From NCBI RefSeq assembly GCF_009914755.1, contig NC_060941.1: a stretch of DNA of 64,000 nt. One strand, 5' to 3'. This DNA is from the human T2T-CHM13v2.0 reference genome, Homo sapiens. Positions 1 through 48,665 of this stretch are shown here, piece after piece. Position 1 is the stretch's first letter. Each line of letters starts with the position of its first letter. Position numbers and translations under genes: made by a program. Under the pieces are notes generated by a model. That model was given only the letters and a program-made list of their open reading frames with translations, was not told the DNA's origin and made no database searches.

Positions 1-384
1 TCTGAAAGCCAGGGCCTGCCTTCTTCAGTCAGACTCTTGGTTTTCCTCCCACTTCCTTACTGACCCTAATCTACCTCCCTTGGAGCTTCCCCACTTGTCG
101 CTCCCTGAGATCACCCTTTCTCTTTCCCTCTGCAGAGGAGTGACCAAGTCACTTCTCTACACGTATCTTCCATTTACTGTCTATAAAACAGGGTTGTTCT
201 GGTATCTATGAGGATTCAGGGAGATATGCACAGATATAGCCTTTACTGGGGCACCTACGTCCGAAGACACCTTCAATGCATGCCATCCTGTTCACCTACC
301 TGCCTACTTACATCCCATCAACCACCAAACCGCCACTTCTGTGGACTTAACTCCTGAACAGTATGGATTATTTGTTGTTGTTTT

Positions 385-1727
<1,343 letters not shown>

Positions 1728-2870
1728 TCAAATCTTGTTTTGAGTCATCTCATTTAGTCCTTACTGCATTTTACAGATGAGGAAATTGAGGCCCAGGGTG
1801 GACTCATGGTTTAGCTGAGGTCACCCAATGAGCAAGGGGATGTCTTGGGATTTGAAGGCGGACTCCAGAGCTGGGTGAGAGCCCTATGGGAGCCTAGGAG
1901 GAGGTGAGAGGAGGGGGACACCCCACCAAGGAAATGCCGAGAAGGCAGCCCCCCCCTAGCCTGAGATTGACCTGAGCCTGGGAGGCTGAAGGAAGAACCA
2001 GCTTCCCCTGCCAGTGCTGCTGACTCAGGAACCCTCCTGCCTCCCCCAGCTCCAAGGATGGGTGGGCACCTGAGATGACCGGGACCCTGTGTTCAGTTGT
2101 TTGTCTGGGCTCCCCTGACCCTCAGTTTCTTGTTCTAGCAATGAGCTGACTTGGCATGGCCATCTGTGCCAATCTCTGCCCCCTGGGGCTGCTGTGGTAA
2201 TCATAGGCCTGGGCTGCCCTGACTTGCGGGGGAGGGGACAGAAAAACAGTCATTAGTGTCCCAGACCCTCCCAGCCTGGGAGATGGTGCCCTCTCTAGTG
2301 CCATTTCTGAACCCTGCCTGATGGTATGGGTAGGCTGGGCCTACATGCCCAGGCCTCAGTTTACCCATTTGTATCTGTATACCCATTTGACCCCTCTTAA
2401 CCTGATCAGATGGGGCCAAGCTAGGCCTCAGGGTCATTTGGGAAAGGAGCTGGTTTAAAATCCAGATTCTGGGGCCCCACTCGCCTGTCATTCACATTTG
2501 CAGGACCTAGAATCTGAATTAACAAGTGTGTGTGTGTTGTGGGGTGGGGGTACTGACACTTTGCGAATCCGTTTGCCATGAGACTCTTCCCTGCCTATCC
2601 CCTGGCTCCTTCCACTAGGTACACTCCTTACCCATTACAACCCATGTGCACTGTCCTCTCCCAGCAGGACACTGACCCTGGGCCAGATGCCTCTTCTGGG
2701 CTCCCACAGCCCCAGTGCATGCCCCATCATAGGACGGTGAGCTATGGTTAGCTGTGGTCTCGACTCAGTTCTGTTGCCCTGCTCCCCAAAAAACTGTGAG
2801 ATAGGGGTTGGGAAAGGCATGGCTGCTTACTGCCTAATAACCAAGTCCCATTGAAAAATGGGGACTGCTG

Positions 2871-4221
<1,351 letters not shown>

Positions 4222-4369
4222 CATTTAATCTCCACAACAACCCTTTGAGGTAAATACTAATATTATCACCATTTTTACTGATGAGGAAACTGAGGCACAG
4301 AGAATTTGAGGTAACTTGTTCCAGGTCACATAGCTTCCAAATGGTAAAGTGGGAATGTGAATCAACGTT

Positions 4370-4952
4370 TTTTTTTTGTTTGTTTGTTTGTTTTTTTCAT
4401 TTATCACGCTTGTTGCCCAGGCTGGAGAGCAAATGATCTCGGCTCACTGAAAGCTCCACCTCCTGGGTTCAAGCGATTCTCCTGCCTCAGCCTCCTAAGT
4501 AGCTGGGACTACAGGCACCTGCCACCATGCCCGGCTATTTTTTGTATTTTTAGTAGAGACTGGGTTTTTCCCAAACTCCTGACCTCAAGTGATTTGCCCG
4601 CCTCAGCCTCCCAAAGCGCTGGGATTACAGGTGTGAGCCACTGCTCCTGGCCTTTTTTTCGAGATGGTCTTGCTCTGTTGCCCAGGCTGGAGTGCAGTGG
4701 CACGATCACAGCTCACAGCAGCCTCAACCTCCTGGGCTCAAGCCATCCTCCTGCCTCAACCTCCTGAGTAGCTGGAATTTACAGCTGGGCCACCATGCCC
4801 AGCTAATTAAAAAAATATTTATTTATTTTTTTTCTGTAGAGATGAGATCTCACCCTACTGCTCAGTCAGGTCTCAAACTCCTGGGGTCAAGAGATCCTCC
4901 CTCCAAGGCCTCCCAAAGTGCTAGGACTACAGGCATGAGCCACCGCGCCCAG
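4370..4952 (-). mobile_element. Two antisense Alu elements (AluS-like and AluJ-like)
   Basis: Alu consensus blocks with poly-T leaders. Confidence 0.85.
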
Positions 4953-6481
4953 CCAGCAACTTCTTAACACTTCCTGTGTGAGGCAGGGCAGGGACCAGAA
5001 CCCAGACCTCTGAGCTGTCCCTGCTGCCTGTGCTGGTGTGGCGTGGCCAGTGGCCAAAGGGGTCTCATCCTCCTCAGTCCAGCAGCTCTGCCAACAACTA
5101 ACAGCCTTTGGCTGATGGTCTCAGCTTCCTCATTTGGGATGGGTAATATTGTTGGCTCCCTCGTAGAGCTACTGACAGCACTAAGTCAGCTGAAACCAGG
5201 AAAGGGCTTTGAACAGCGCCTGCCCCGCAGTAGACACTTAGGGGCTTTACTGTCGTCATTCTCCCTCCTCTCACCTCCTCACTCACTCCTGGGCCCTCTT
5301 CCGGATCCAGCCCCAAATACGGGGAAGGGCTGAACACCGCCGGCCTGGCGTGGGTGGAGGGGGACAGCCAGGCCCCAAGGCTTGGCAGCCGCCTCGGGCT
5401 CAGAGGTCAGCTCCTGCTCCCTGGACACAGCTGGTGGGGTTGGGGCCTGTCCTACCTGCCCCACCTAAGCTTCTAGGACCTCCCGCAGCCCCAGCCCTGA
5501 GCCAGGCGGCCTATCCTCAGCCTGGAAGGAAAGGTTCAGCCTCGAGGCCATTGTCCAGATGAGAAAAGGCCTGGGAGGTGGGTGGGGACAGGCAGACGGC
5601 CCCTGAGAGTAGGGGCAGGGCTAAGCTTTGTTCAGACGCTGTTCTCTGCGGGGGGAGGTCCTTCCCCCATCTCCGTAAAGCTCCAATCCAACCCCAGAAC
5701 AGTCCCAAATGCCACCTCCTGGGGATCCCGTCTCTTTCTTTGGCTAAGAAAGAATCCCCTGTGCTGTGACACAGAGCCTTTTGCGTTGGGTCCTGAAAGA
5801 TGTGTAGGAGTTCCCCAGGGGCTGGGGGTGAGGAAAGAATTCCTGACTACAAAGCCAAGGCAAAAGCACGGCGGTGGGAGGTGCTCTGACAGAGCGGGGA
5901 ACAGACGAAATGGAGTTCTGTGAAACTGGTAAAATATAAACTTGGCAATCACTTGACCAATGGTGTAGATGGGGAAACTGAGGCGCAGAGGGGCCAGGGA
6001 GTTGTTCCAGTCAGAGCTGTCTTGGCTTTCGGAACAGGGCTGCCCCATTACATGAGTGGGCACGTCGCTCGCTCTCTGGGAGGAGGAAAAAGTCTCCTCC
6101 AAGCCCGGGAACGTGCGCCAATCCCCCTCCAAAGCGCTTCCCCAGCCGCCCGCGCTGGAGCCCCGGCTCATGGACTACAAGTCCCGGCAGGCCCCGCGCC
6201 GCGGCGCATGCTAGGCGGGCGTCCCTTCGCGAGCCCGGCCGAGCCCGGGGGCCCAGTTCACCATTGTCTGGCCAACAGGGGCGGGGCGGGCGGCACGGCG
6301 GGCTCGCTCACTGGTCGGGCGGCGCGTCCGTCGCGCCCGGCGCCCACCCCCGTGCAGGCCCGGCCCCGCGCGCCCGCGCCCGGGCCGCCTGGCGCCCCGC
6401 CCGCGCCTTAGGACCCGCGGGGCCGCGCGGCGCATCCTGCGGGCGGCGGCGGCGGGCGAGGCGCCTGCAGCCGGGCGCAAG

Positions 6482-23621
<17,140 letters not shown>

Positions 23622-23865
23622 GGTGCTGCAGGGGTGGGGCCCTGGTCCTCACCACTGGTGACGTCCACCCCCTTCAGCCCGTCTGGGTACCATTTGGCCC
23701 TGGTCTTCTACCTGAGACCCTGGCAGGCCCATGTGATGGCACTCTCTGAAACCTGGCTGCCTTCCATGGAGTGCCTCAATTGGGGACTTCTGGTGCTCAC
23801 ACAGACACCAGTGTCATGGTTGGGTATTAGAAAAGCAGGGCCAGCCCCTCAGCCCTTGCATGTGA

Positions 23866-24206
<341 letters not shown>

Positions 24207-24954
24207 AACAAGACCAGATTAAACCACTTAGAGGTGGCAGTAGTTTGGGGCTTGGGAGCTGGTTTGGCCAGCCTGTTTCATAGATGAGATCACTGAGGTG
24301 CACGAGGTCAGGTCTCATCGGTTGGGCCCAGCAAGTGGCTGACTTACCCCTGCCTGAGTCTGTGGATCCTCACCTAGATGTGGGGCCCATAGATCTGCCC
24401 AGCGCATTTGCTGCCTCATGTTCCCAGGCACCTGACTGTAGGCCATAGCCTCACCCTGCACAGGACATGGACACCTCCCAGCTCTTTGTCTGGTGCCTCT
24501 CCCTGGCCTCAGTGGGGCATATGTGGCCTGGCGCTTGGATACCCATCTGGAGACTCAGCAAGCCCATCTCAGGTGGTCACTGAAGGGCCATGCCTGCCCT
24601 GCAGAGGAGACAGTGGCAGCACCTGTGTGGTCTGGCCGCTGTGGCAATCCATCTGCCCTTTTGCCCTCCCTCACCTTCTGCTGATACCTCTTCTCTCCCT
24701 CTTCCAGGAAGGCCAGAACTATCCCGACCTCCACCTGCCCTGCTCGGAGCTGGAGTGCTGGATCCCTGGCACCTGCCTGGCCCCTTAACATAGAACCACG
24801 CCTGCTAACCTGTAGGCTCCACTGGGACCTGCTGTCCTGTCCCGCCTGACCCTGGGCCCTGGAGCAGCACCAGCCCCAGGGTGTGGGCCTGGGACCTGGG
24901 CCAGAACTGAGCCCTCCTGCAGGCATTTGGCTGCCCTGGGGGCCCACTGCCTAG

Positions 24955-25342
<388 letters not shown>

Positions 25343-25618
25343 CTGCAAAGAGTATTTTTCTAGCGCCTGGGCTGGACAGTTGTTTCTAAAACTAAACTAT
25401 TTTGGTACCTGCTTCTGGGCCAGTCCCCAGCCTGTCATGAGTGTGTGTGTGCGGGCATGGATGTGACTGGGAGCTCTGCTGGGCACCCACATCTGGGGCC
25501 TAGTCAGGTGTGTGTGTCCGGCGGGGGGGGGGGGCGGGGGGGGGGGGGGGTCAAGATGAGTTTCCCTGTAGATTGTACCTTGGGGTTTTTTTCTGTCGTT
25601 TTGTTAAAATTAGCGCCA

Positions 25619-25669
25619 TTTTAATATTAAAAATACTGATTTTTAATATTGAAAATAAAAGCATTTAAT
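25619..25669. terminator. Shared poly(A)-signal zone of LLGL1 (+) and FLII (-)
   Basis: + strand: ATTAAA 25626-25631 and AATAAA 25654-25659. - strand ATTAAA (TTTAAT on +): 25620-25625, 25642-25647, 25664-25669. Confidence 0.8.
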
Positions 25670-25941
25670 ATCTCTTAAAGGGCATCCACATCTGCTTTAT
25701 CCCTAGCGGAAGAGTGAGGGGGCTTCACACGTGCACTCACACTGTGGAGAGAGTTGGATTTCCCAGACCCCTGAGGGCACCTGTCAGGGTCATCCCCATT
25801 GGTGCTGCTTGAGGCTACTGGGGACTGTGGCACTGGACGTGGCTGGAGCAGGTGGTGTCACCTGAGTACATTCTTTGCTAGCAGACAGTGGATGAGGCCC
25901 CTTCCTCTTCCTCACCAAGCCTGGGGCTGTGCCAGCCTGTC

Positions 25942-40582
<14,641 letters not shown>

Positions 40583-41149
40583 ACCCAGTTTCCTCATTTG
40601 TAAAATACTTTCTAAGGTTGTCACCATGAGCAAATTAACAAAGAATGCACGTGTAGCTCGCAGCATACAGCAGGCGCTCAGTGAGTGGCAGGTTATTATT
40701 CCGTTTTGTTTTGTTTTGTGCGCCAGGTTATTATTCCCACTTAGTGTCAGCACCCCTGTGCTCGTACCCCCCTACAAAGGGAGGCTCCAGAAGAGAAGCA
40801 TCCGTCTTGGTCCTTGCTGTTCAAGGGGGCTCGCCCTGGCTGACACATAGCAGGACCCCAATAAATGAGCCACAGCTGTTATATGCCCAACCATCCTTCG
40901 CAGGGGAGGAGGGGGTCTAGTGTCCCCATTTTACAGGAGAAAAACTGATGCCCAGGTGGAGAATGGCCCACACAAGCTCGCACAGAGCAGGTGGCAGGGG
41001 TAGGCGCTGTGCCCCTCAGGCCCACAGGTAAGAATGAGGCCACCAAGACACTCTCTCGCAGAGGTGACCTAAGAGGTTGGATGTGCCGGGCCTCTAGCCA
41101 TGTGCAGCCTCTCTACCTGGTCCCCAGAAGGAACGGGGCCCAGACAGCT

Positions 41150-42200
41150 TCCTCCACACCGGAGGCTCACATTACAACGCACAGACGTCCTGGAGGGTCG
41201 CCTGTCACGTCACCTGTTCGCGGTCTCGGAATGCAGCCCTGCACCTTTAAATCCAGACTGCGTCAGGGAGTCCCGCCCCAGAGGGAGTGCGGCTGTCGGC
41301 TGGGGGGCGGGACCTGCCCTTCATTGGCTGAACCGCGCAGTATTTTGGCACCTGTGCGCTGGACTCGAGCGCTCCGATTGGAGTTAGGGCCTGCTTGTCT
41401 GCGTGCTGCGAAGTCCGCGGCTGCCCCCGGGGCCCTAGTCGTTGGGTTCCAGGGTCCTTCACGTTCCATTCCCAGGCTGGTCTGAGCTCCGGGGCCGTGG
41501 TCCCGCTGCCTCCTCCGGTCGTCGTGCGGAAGCTGCGACGCAGGTACAGCTGGAGCGCGGCGGGGCGGCCCCCAGGGTCACCGGGCTCGGGGCTTGGCGC
41601 GCGACGGAACGCAGATCGGGGGCGTGGCCCGCGATCACCGCTGGGGAAGGCGGGGAGGGGACCTTTGGGGGACCAAGGGCAGCGTTCGAATCCTAGCCCA
41701 GCCCCCTTCCCCTCTCGGTCTCTTGGTTTATCCTGCGAACGGGGCGTCACCCGCCCACCTAGGGCTGCTGCGCGGCCTGCTCCGCCCGGGCCCAGGGCAG
41801 GCAGGTTTGGCGGAGGAGGGAAGGCCAAACGGCCTCCAGGGCCCCGCTGCGCAAACTTGGGTTATTTTCAGCCACCCGTGCCCTTTCCTGCTTCTCGGAG
41901 CTGGAAGGCTGTGGACTGAGGCCTGCGCGACCCCGCCAGAGATGGGGCTGAGTCCCAATTTAGACAGGTTGGGAGTATTTAAAGCGCTTTACAGTTTGCA
42001 AAGTAGATTCCTGGTCTCTCTGGGGGCGGGTGGCAGTATTGATCCCCGAGTCACCGATGAGGAGATTGAAACCGGCCCTGGGGCCGTGGCGGGTCACCCG
42101 GTTGGCCTGGGATCGCCCCAGAGACCGTCTTATTTTTAGTCTGGGGCGAATGGGCGGGTGTACGGGGCTGAGTCACACAGCGCTTCAGGCTTCAGCTACT
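41150..42200 (+). promoter_or_regulatory. MIEF2 CpG-island promoter
   Basis: CpG-rich; GC boxes at about 41271 and 41304, reverse CCAAT boxes (ATTGG) at about 41323 and 41378, GTCACGTCAC CRE-like element at about 41205. Confidence 0.75.
41942..41967 (+). CDS. MIEF2: MIEF2 alternative coding first exon adding MGLSPNLDRQT (11 aa) in frame
   Basis: gagATGG Kozak; ATG GGG CTG AGT CCC AAT TTA GAC AG|gttggg joined to G CAG ACC ATG (exon starting 43520) stays in frame and gives 465 aa. Matches my recollection of a longer MiD49 isoform. Confidence 0.65.
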
Positions 42201-43526
42201 CCAGGCATCTGGTCACCTGGCAACTGGGCCCCTGGCACCCACACTCTGGCAGGGCAGGTAGAAGTCCTTGGTGCCCGGGCAGGCTGTGACCTCATGGTCA
42301 TCTGCTCAGGCCTCCCCGGGAGAGTTCTGCTTGGTGTCTAACTGATGTCCTAAGGTCCCAGCCCTTCTCAGCTCCCAGGGCCTGAGGGCAGTGTCCCCCT
42401 CGCAGAACGTGAGGAATGTGGACTGGGCCCTAGGAGATCTTTGCCTCCACTTCCCAAGTGCTGGCCCCCACCCAGCCACACACTTCAAGGCTGCCCACAT
42501 CTGCCCCTCACTGCTGCCTATGCCATCTTACAGGTGAGCAAACAGGCTGGGGCCCAGGCCTTCACCTTACTTTCTGTGTTGCTTGGCCTTCCGGCAGTTG
42601 AGAAGCATCACCCACCACTACCTACACATTGTCCCAAGACTGAGAGGCCCAGAGAGCCCCCTGTACAGAGGCACTGGGCAGCCCTTTCTGCCCTGCCAAA
42701 GGGGCTTCAACCCTGACAAGCACATCTGCATTGGCCTGCCTGGGCAGCTTGGGCCGTCTTACTCTGCCCGTGCTCTGACTTGGTAGCTCTGCCTCTTGGG
42801 CTACCCTGTCAAGATTTGGGGGTAACTGGTCCCAGTGGTCCCCCAGACTGGCTGGGGCCCCAAATTGTTGGTCTTCTCTGGACTTTGGGCTCTTCTGAAG
42901 AGGTTATCATAGAGGGCTGCTGTGCCCTCTGGGTAGGAACCTTCAGATGAGGCTGCTGCTGAGGACCTGGGCACCTGGCACAGGGAGAATCCGTCAGACT
43001 CTGTGGGCGGATGAGAGTCTGGAGGCCTTGCAGTCATGGGTTGGAGACCTTACCACTCACTTGTGAGCTGGCAGCCTGTAGCTCTGTAACATAGGGGTAG
43101 TGATGATGACACCCTGGTGATGTCAGAGGTCCTGGAGGGTGGGCTCCAGGGAGAGAGGCCCCTTCCTATACCTGCACAAGCCTCAGGGCCTTTGTGAGCT
43201 TCTTTCCAGGCAGCTTTGGGAGAAGGGGCTTGGCAGCTCCCTCATCTCCTCATGAGAGATGGGGGCTTGGGACCCCAAAACCCAAGCTCATATCCCATCC
43301 CTGCCCTTTCTCAGGTACTTTACGTGATTTCCCAGGGCCTCGGTGTCCTCCCCTGTGGATGGGTGGCCCCTTTCTCTGAGAAATTCTCAGAAAGCCCCCC
43401 TCATGGGCTCAGCTCTGTTACCCAGCATAAGGACAGCTAGAGCACCTGTCCACAGCAGCCCCTCTCCCAGCCTGGCCACCTGCACCTGAGCTGCCCCTTC
43501 ACCCCTGGCTCTCTTACAGGCAGACC

Positions 43527-45570
43527 ATGGCAGAGTTCTCCCAGAAACGGGGGAAGCGGCGTAGCGACGAAGGGCTGGGCAGCATGGTGGACTTCCTCCT
43601 GGCCAATGCCCGCCTGGTGCTGGGCGTGGGCGGGGCTGCTGTGCTGGGCATTGCCACCCTGGCCGTGAAGCGGGTAAGGCCAAGTGGGCGGGTCATGCCT
43701 GAAGCTCCTAGAGGAGGACAACAGGGTTGGGCTTTTCAGAGGGGCCCTGGGGAGGGGTGGGGACTGCCCAAGGCCTTCATGGGAGCCCAGGGCACCTGCT
43801 TCTCCACCCAGCACGCTGGTCTGCTTTGCCCTGGGCTTTGCTATGACTGCCCAGATTTCATATACACTGATCTGTGTGACTGTGCTTGCAGTTCATTGAC
43901 AGGGCCACTAGCCCGCGGGATGAGGATGACACCAAGGCAGACAGCTGGAAGGAACTGAGCCTGCTCAAGGCCACACCACACCTGCAGCCCCGGCCTCCAC
44001 CTGCTGCCCTTAGCCAGCCAGTGTTGCCCTTGGCCCCCTCGTCGTCTGCCCCAGGTGAGTGGCACTCCTTCCCCTCTTTTGGTGTCACATTCAAGAGACG
44101 CAGCCCAGGCTTTGCCCTGACTGACTGTGTGACCCTGCGCGAGTCCCTGCTTCTCTCTCGGTTGTGGGCTCCTCAGATATTTAATGGGGGTGGTGTTTCT
44201 TTGCCCTGTTCCTGGAGCAAGGTGGTAGCGTTGTGATGGTGGGGAGCTTTAGATGGGGAAACTGAGGTCCAGAGGGGCGTGACATACCTACCTACTCTGC
44301 ATGAAGCTGTTGTCGCCAGGGTGTTGGACTCTGGGGCAATGAGAACTCGTCACCAAGAGCTCACTATATGTGAGGATCTGAACTGAGTGCCTTCTCAGGT
44401 GCCACTGCAGGTGAGAAAAGTGAGGCCCTGGGACATCACACAGCTAGTTCTCGGTGGCGTTTTCTTAACTAATCACAGGCTGTTCCGACATGTTCCCCGC
44501 CCCTTCACTCTGCAGAAGGGCCTGCAGAAACTGATCCTGAGGTGACACCACAGCTCAGCTCCCCAGCACCGCTGTGTCTGACACTGCAGGAGAGGCTGCT
44601 GGCCTTCGAGCGGGACCGTGTGACCATCCCAGCAGCCCAGGTGGCTTTGGCCAAACAGCTGGCTGGCGACATCGCCCTGGAGCTGCAGGCCTACTTTCGG
44701 AGCAAGTTCCCGGAACTGCCCTTTGGGGCATTCGTGCCTGGGGGGCCGCTCTACGACGGGCTGCAGGCGGGGGCTGCGGACCATGTGCGTCTCCTGGTGC
44801 CACTGGTGCTGGAGCCGGGCCTGTGGAGCCTGGTGCCGGGCGTGGACACTGTGGCGAGGGACCCTCGCTGCTGGGCCGTGCGCAGGACGCAGCTTGAGTT
44901 CTGCCCCCGTGGGAGCAGCCCCTGGGACCGCTTCCTGGTCGGGGGCTACCTCTCCTCCCGCGTCCTGCTGGAGCTACTCCGCAAGGCGCTGGCTGCTTCT
45001 GTCAACTGGCCGGCCATTGGCAGCCTTCTCGGGTGCCTGATCCGGCCCAGCATGGCCTCGGAGGAGCTGCTGCTCGAGGTGCAGCACGAACGCCTGGAGC
45101 TCACTGTGGCTGTGCTTGTGGCAGTCCCTGGGGTCGATGCTGACGACCGCCTCCTCTTGGCCTGGCCCCTGGAGGGGCTGGCGGGGAACCTCTGGCTGCA
45201 GGACCTGTATCCAGTGGAGGCTGCTAGGCTGCGAGCCCTGGACGACCATGACGCTGGGACTCGCCGGCGGCTGCTGCTGCTGCTGTGTGCTGTCTGCCGT
45301 GGTTGCTCGGCTCTGGGGCAGCTAGGCCGGGGTCACCTGACCCAGGTGGTCCTGCGTCTGGGGGAGGACAACGTGGATTGGACGGAGGAGGCCTTGGGTG
45401 AGCGCTTCCTGCAAGCCCTGGAGCTGCTCATCGGCAGCCTGGAGCAGGCCAGCCTGCCCTGCCACTTCAACCCCAGCGTGAACCTCTTCAGCAGCTTGCG
45501 TGAGGAGGAGATTGACGACATTGGCTATGCGCTATACAGTGGCCTACAGGAGCCCGAGGGGCTGCTCTAG
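43527..45570 (+). CDS. MIEF2: Mitochondrial dynamics protein MiD49 (Drp1 receptor, nucleotidyltransferase-like fold), 454 aa
   Basis: Coding exons 43527-43673, 43892-44054 and 44516-45570 total 1365 nt. ATG in strong Kozak context (accATGG); MAEFSQKRGKRRSDEGLGSMVDFLLANARLVLGVGGAAVLGIATLAVKR includes the TM anchor; ends YSGLQEPEGLL. Upstream first exon ends at donor CAG|GTACAG 41543/41544. Confidence 0.96.
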
Positions 45571-46555
45571 GTGGGTGGAAACGGGTGGTTGCCATGTTTT
45601 CTAATGCTGGGGAGCTGCACCCACCTCCCTTCCAGGGATTTGAATAGTGGTTTTTCTCTAGCTTTTTGCCAGAACAAAGGAGGGTACATTACTTAAACCC
45701 AGGGCATCAGGATGTGCTTGGGCTATGGTGGCCATAAACCCTGAGCCCAGAGAGCTTGGGTCACTGTCACCTGAGTGCAGCTGGGCTGCCTCAGGCAGCT
45801 TGGAGTGCCAGCCATTCCTGCAAGCACCGTTTCAGCTCTTGGGGCCAACCCCAGGACCTTTGGCTCTGTCCATCACCAGCAACCAATCCACCAACAGAAT
45901 GTGGTTTCTGCCATCCTGGGCAGAAGCTGAAGGCCAGCTTCACATTTCTGCTGAGAGAAGGTGACTTAACGCCTTTTCCGGCCCTAGCTCCAGGCGTTTT
46001 GAGGCGTCTGGTGCCTGATGGTAGGTATGGTGTGTTTGTTCTGTCCCCCAGGGGCTGGAGTCACCTGGTGCCCCTGAAGGACAGATTTTTGGCTGTTAAA
46101 GGATGGCATTTTCCTGCTGTCTTCTGTGCGTTTAGTTTTCTTGCTGAGCGGGAGCTCAGTATGACTTGCCACCCACCTGATACCTCAGGGCAAGGCCCTT
46201 TTTCCCTCCAGCCAGGTGAGTGTTTTCTTCAGGCAGCTGAGGGTCCTGGGGGAGCTGAGGCTCTGTGCTGCACCCCCAGCCCACAGCTGGGGCATCTCAC
46301 TGGAGCTGTTCCAGGCCCCACTGGAGAGCAGAGGACCTGATCCCCCACTAGAGAGGTCCGGTGTGCACAGCCGGCCTCCCAGTGTGCCAAAATGAACTGC
46401 TCTCAGCTGATGGCTGTATTCTGACTTTGAAGCCTGTTAAGAGGTAGCAAGGGGGCTAGAGGAGGGAGATTCCACCTCCCCTCCCAAGTGACCCTCCTCC
46501 TGCCTCTGGTATCCTTCCTTTTGAAACGAAGCTCAGCTTCGAAGATGTGAACAAG

Positions 46556-46561
46556 AATAAA
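46556..46561 (+). terminator. MIEF2 poly(A) signal AATAAA
   Basis: AATAAA about 1 kb downstream of the stop codon, with GU-rich sequence further downstream. Confidence 0.65.
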
Positions 46562-46717
46562 AGGAAAAAATTCTAATGTATATATAACTCAGGCTGGATA
46601 AGGGAGTCTTGGTGCTTTCATACGCAGCTGTTGAGGGTTTTCTGTAAGTCCTGTGGCTTGTCCTGGCACTTTGGCAAGAGTGCTTGAGGTCAATTGGAGG
46701 TGGTAGAGTTTACTTTA

Positions 46718-47720
<1,003 letters not shown>

Positions 47721-47815
47721 ACAAGTAAGGTAAGTGGAAGGAAAAGATGAAAAGCTTGGTGTTGCTTTAGTAATGGGAACCAGCCAGTTTGGGATGTTTC
47801 TTCCCGCAAGGCTGA

Positions 47816-48194
<379 letters not shown>

Positions 48195-48611
48195 AGAAAT
48201 GTGTGTTCTCTACCTCCCTTGCACCTCTTTGTGGCTGCACAAGTGGGGAGGAAACTTGCCCCGCCTTGTGCAGGTGAGAGGCCAGGGCATCTTAACCCTC
48301 TCACCCGCAAGAGCCAAAGCCAGGGCTCACTTCCTATCACCAGATGACACATGTGGGCTGGGGAGGGCTCTGGTCTGCGTGCAGGGCTGCTTCCAGCCTA
48401 GCTGTGCCACTCGCACCCTGCTGGTCCTTCCCCGACTTACGTCCTGAGGGGACTCCCCTACCCCTTCCAGCTGTGACTGCAGGACCCAAGGGAAGCAGGA
48501 CTGTGCCAAGCAAATGGAATAGTGGTGTAGGCCTCTAGGTGTTGGGTGTAGGGCAAGAGGCGGGCACGAGGGCTCCTTGTAGAGGATATTATAAGGGTCC
48601 AAGGTGGGAGA

Positions 48612-48665
48612 CACTTGGCTGAGGTCCATTCCAATCACTTGGCTGAGGTCCATTCCAATCACTTG
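48612..48665. repeat. 24-bp tandem repeat, 2.25 copies
   Basis: CACTTGGCTGAGGTCCATTCCAAT twice, then CACTTG; copies are identical. Confidence 0.9.

Noticed and set aside
41461-41543. Possible MIEF1-like upstream microprotein (LYR-motif uORF) in MIEF2
   Set aside because: This first exon has no ATG, and no LYR-like peptide is visible in the 5' region.
44542-45570. 342-aa single-exon ORF with a nucleotidyltransferase/Mab-21-like fold as a new cGAS-like gene
   Set aside because: It is the last coding exon of MIEF2, spliced in frame from 44054 to 44516.
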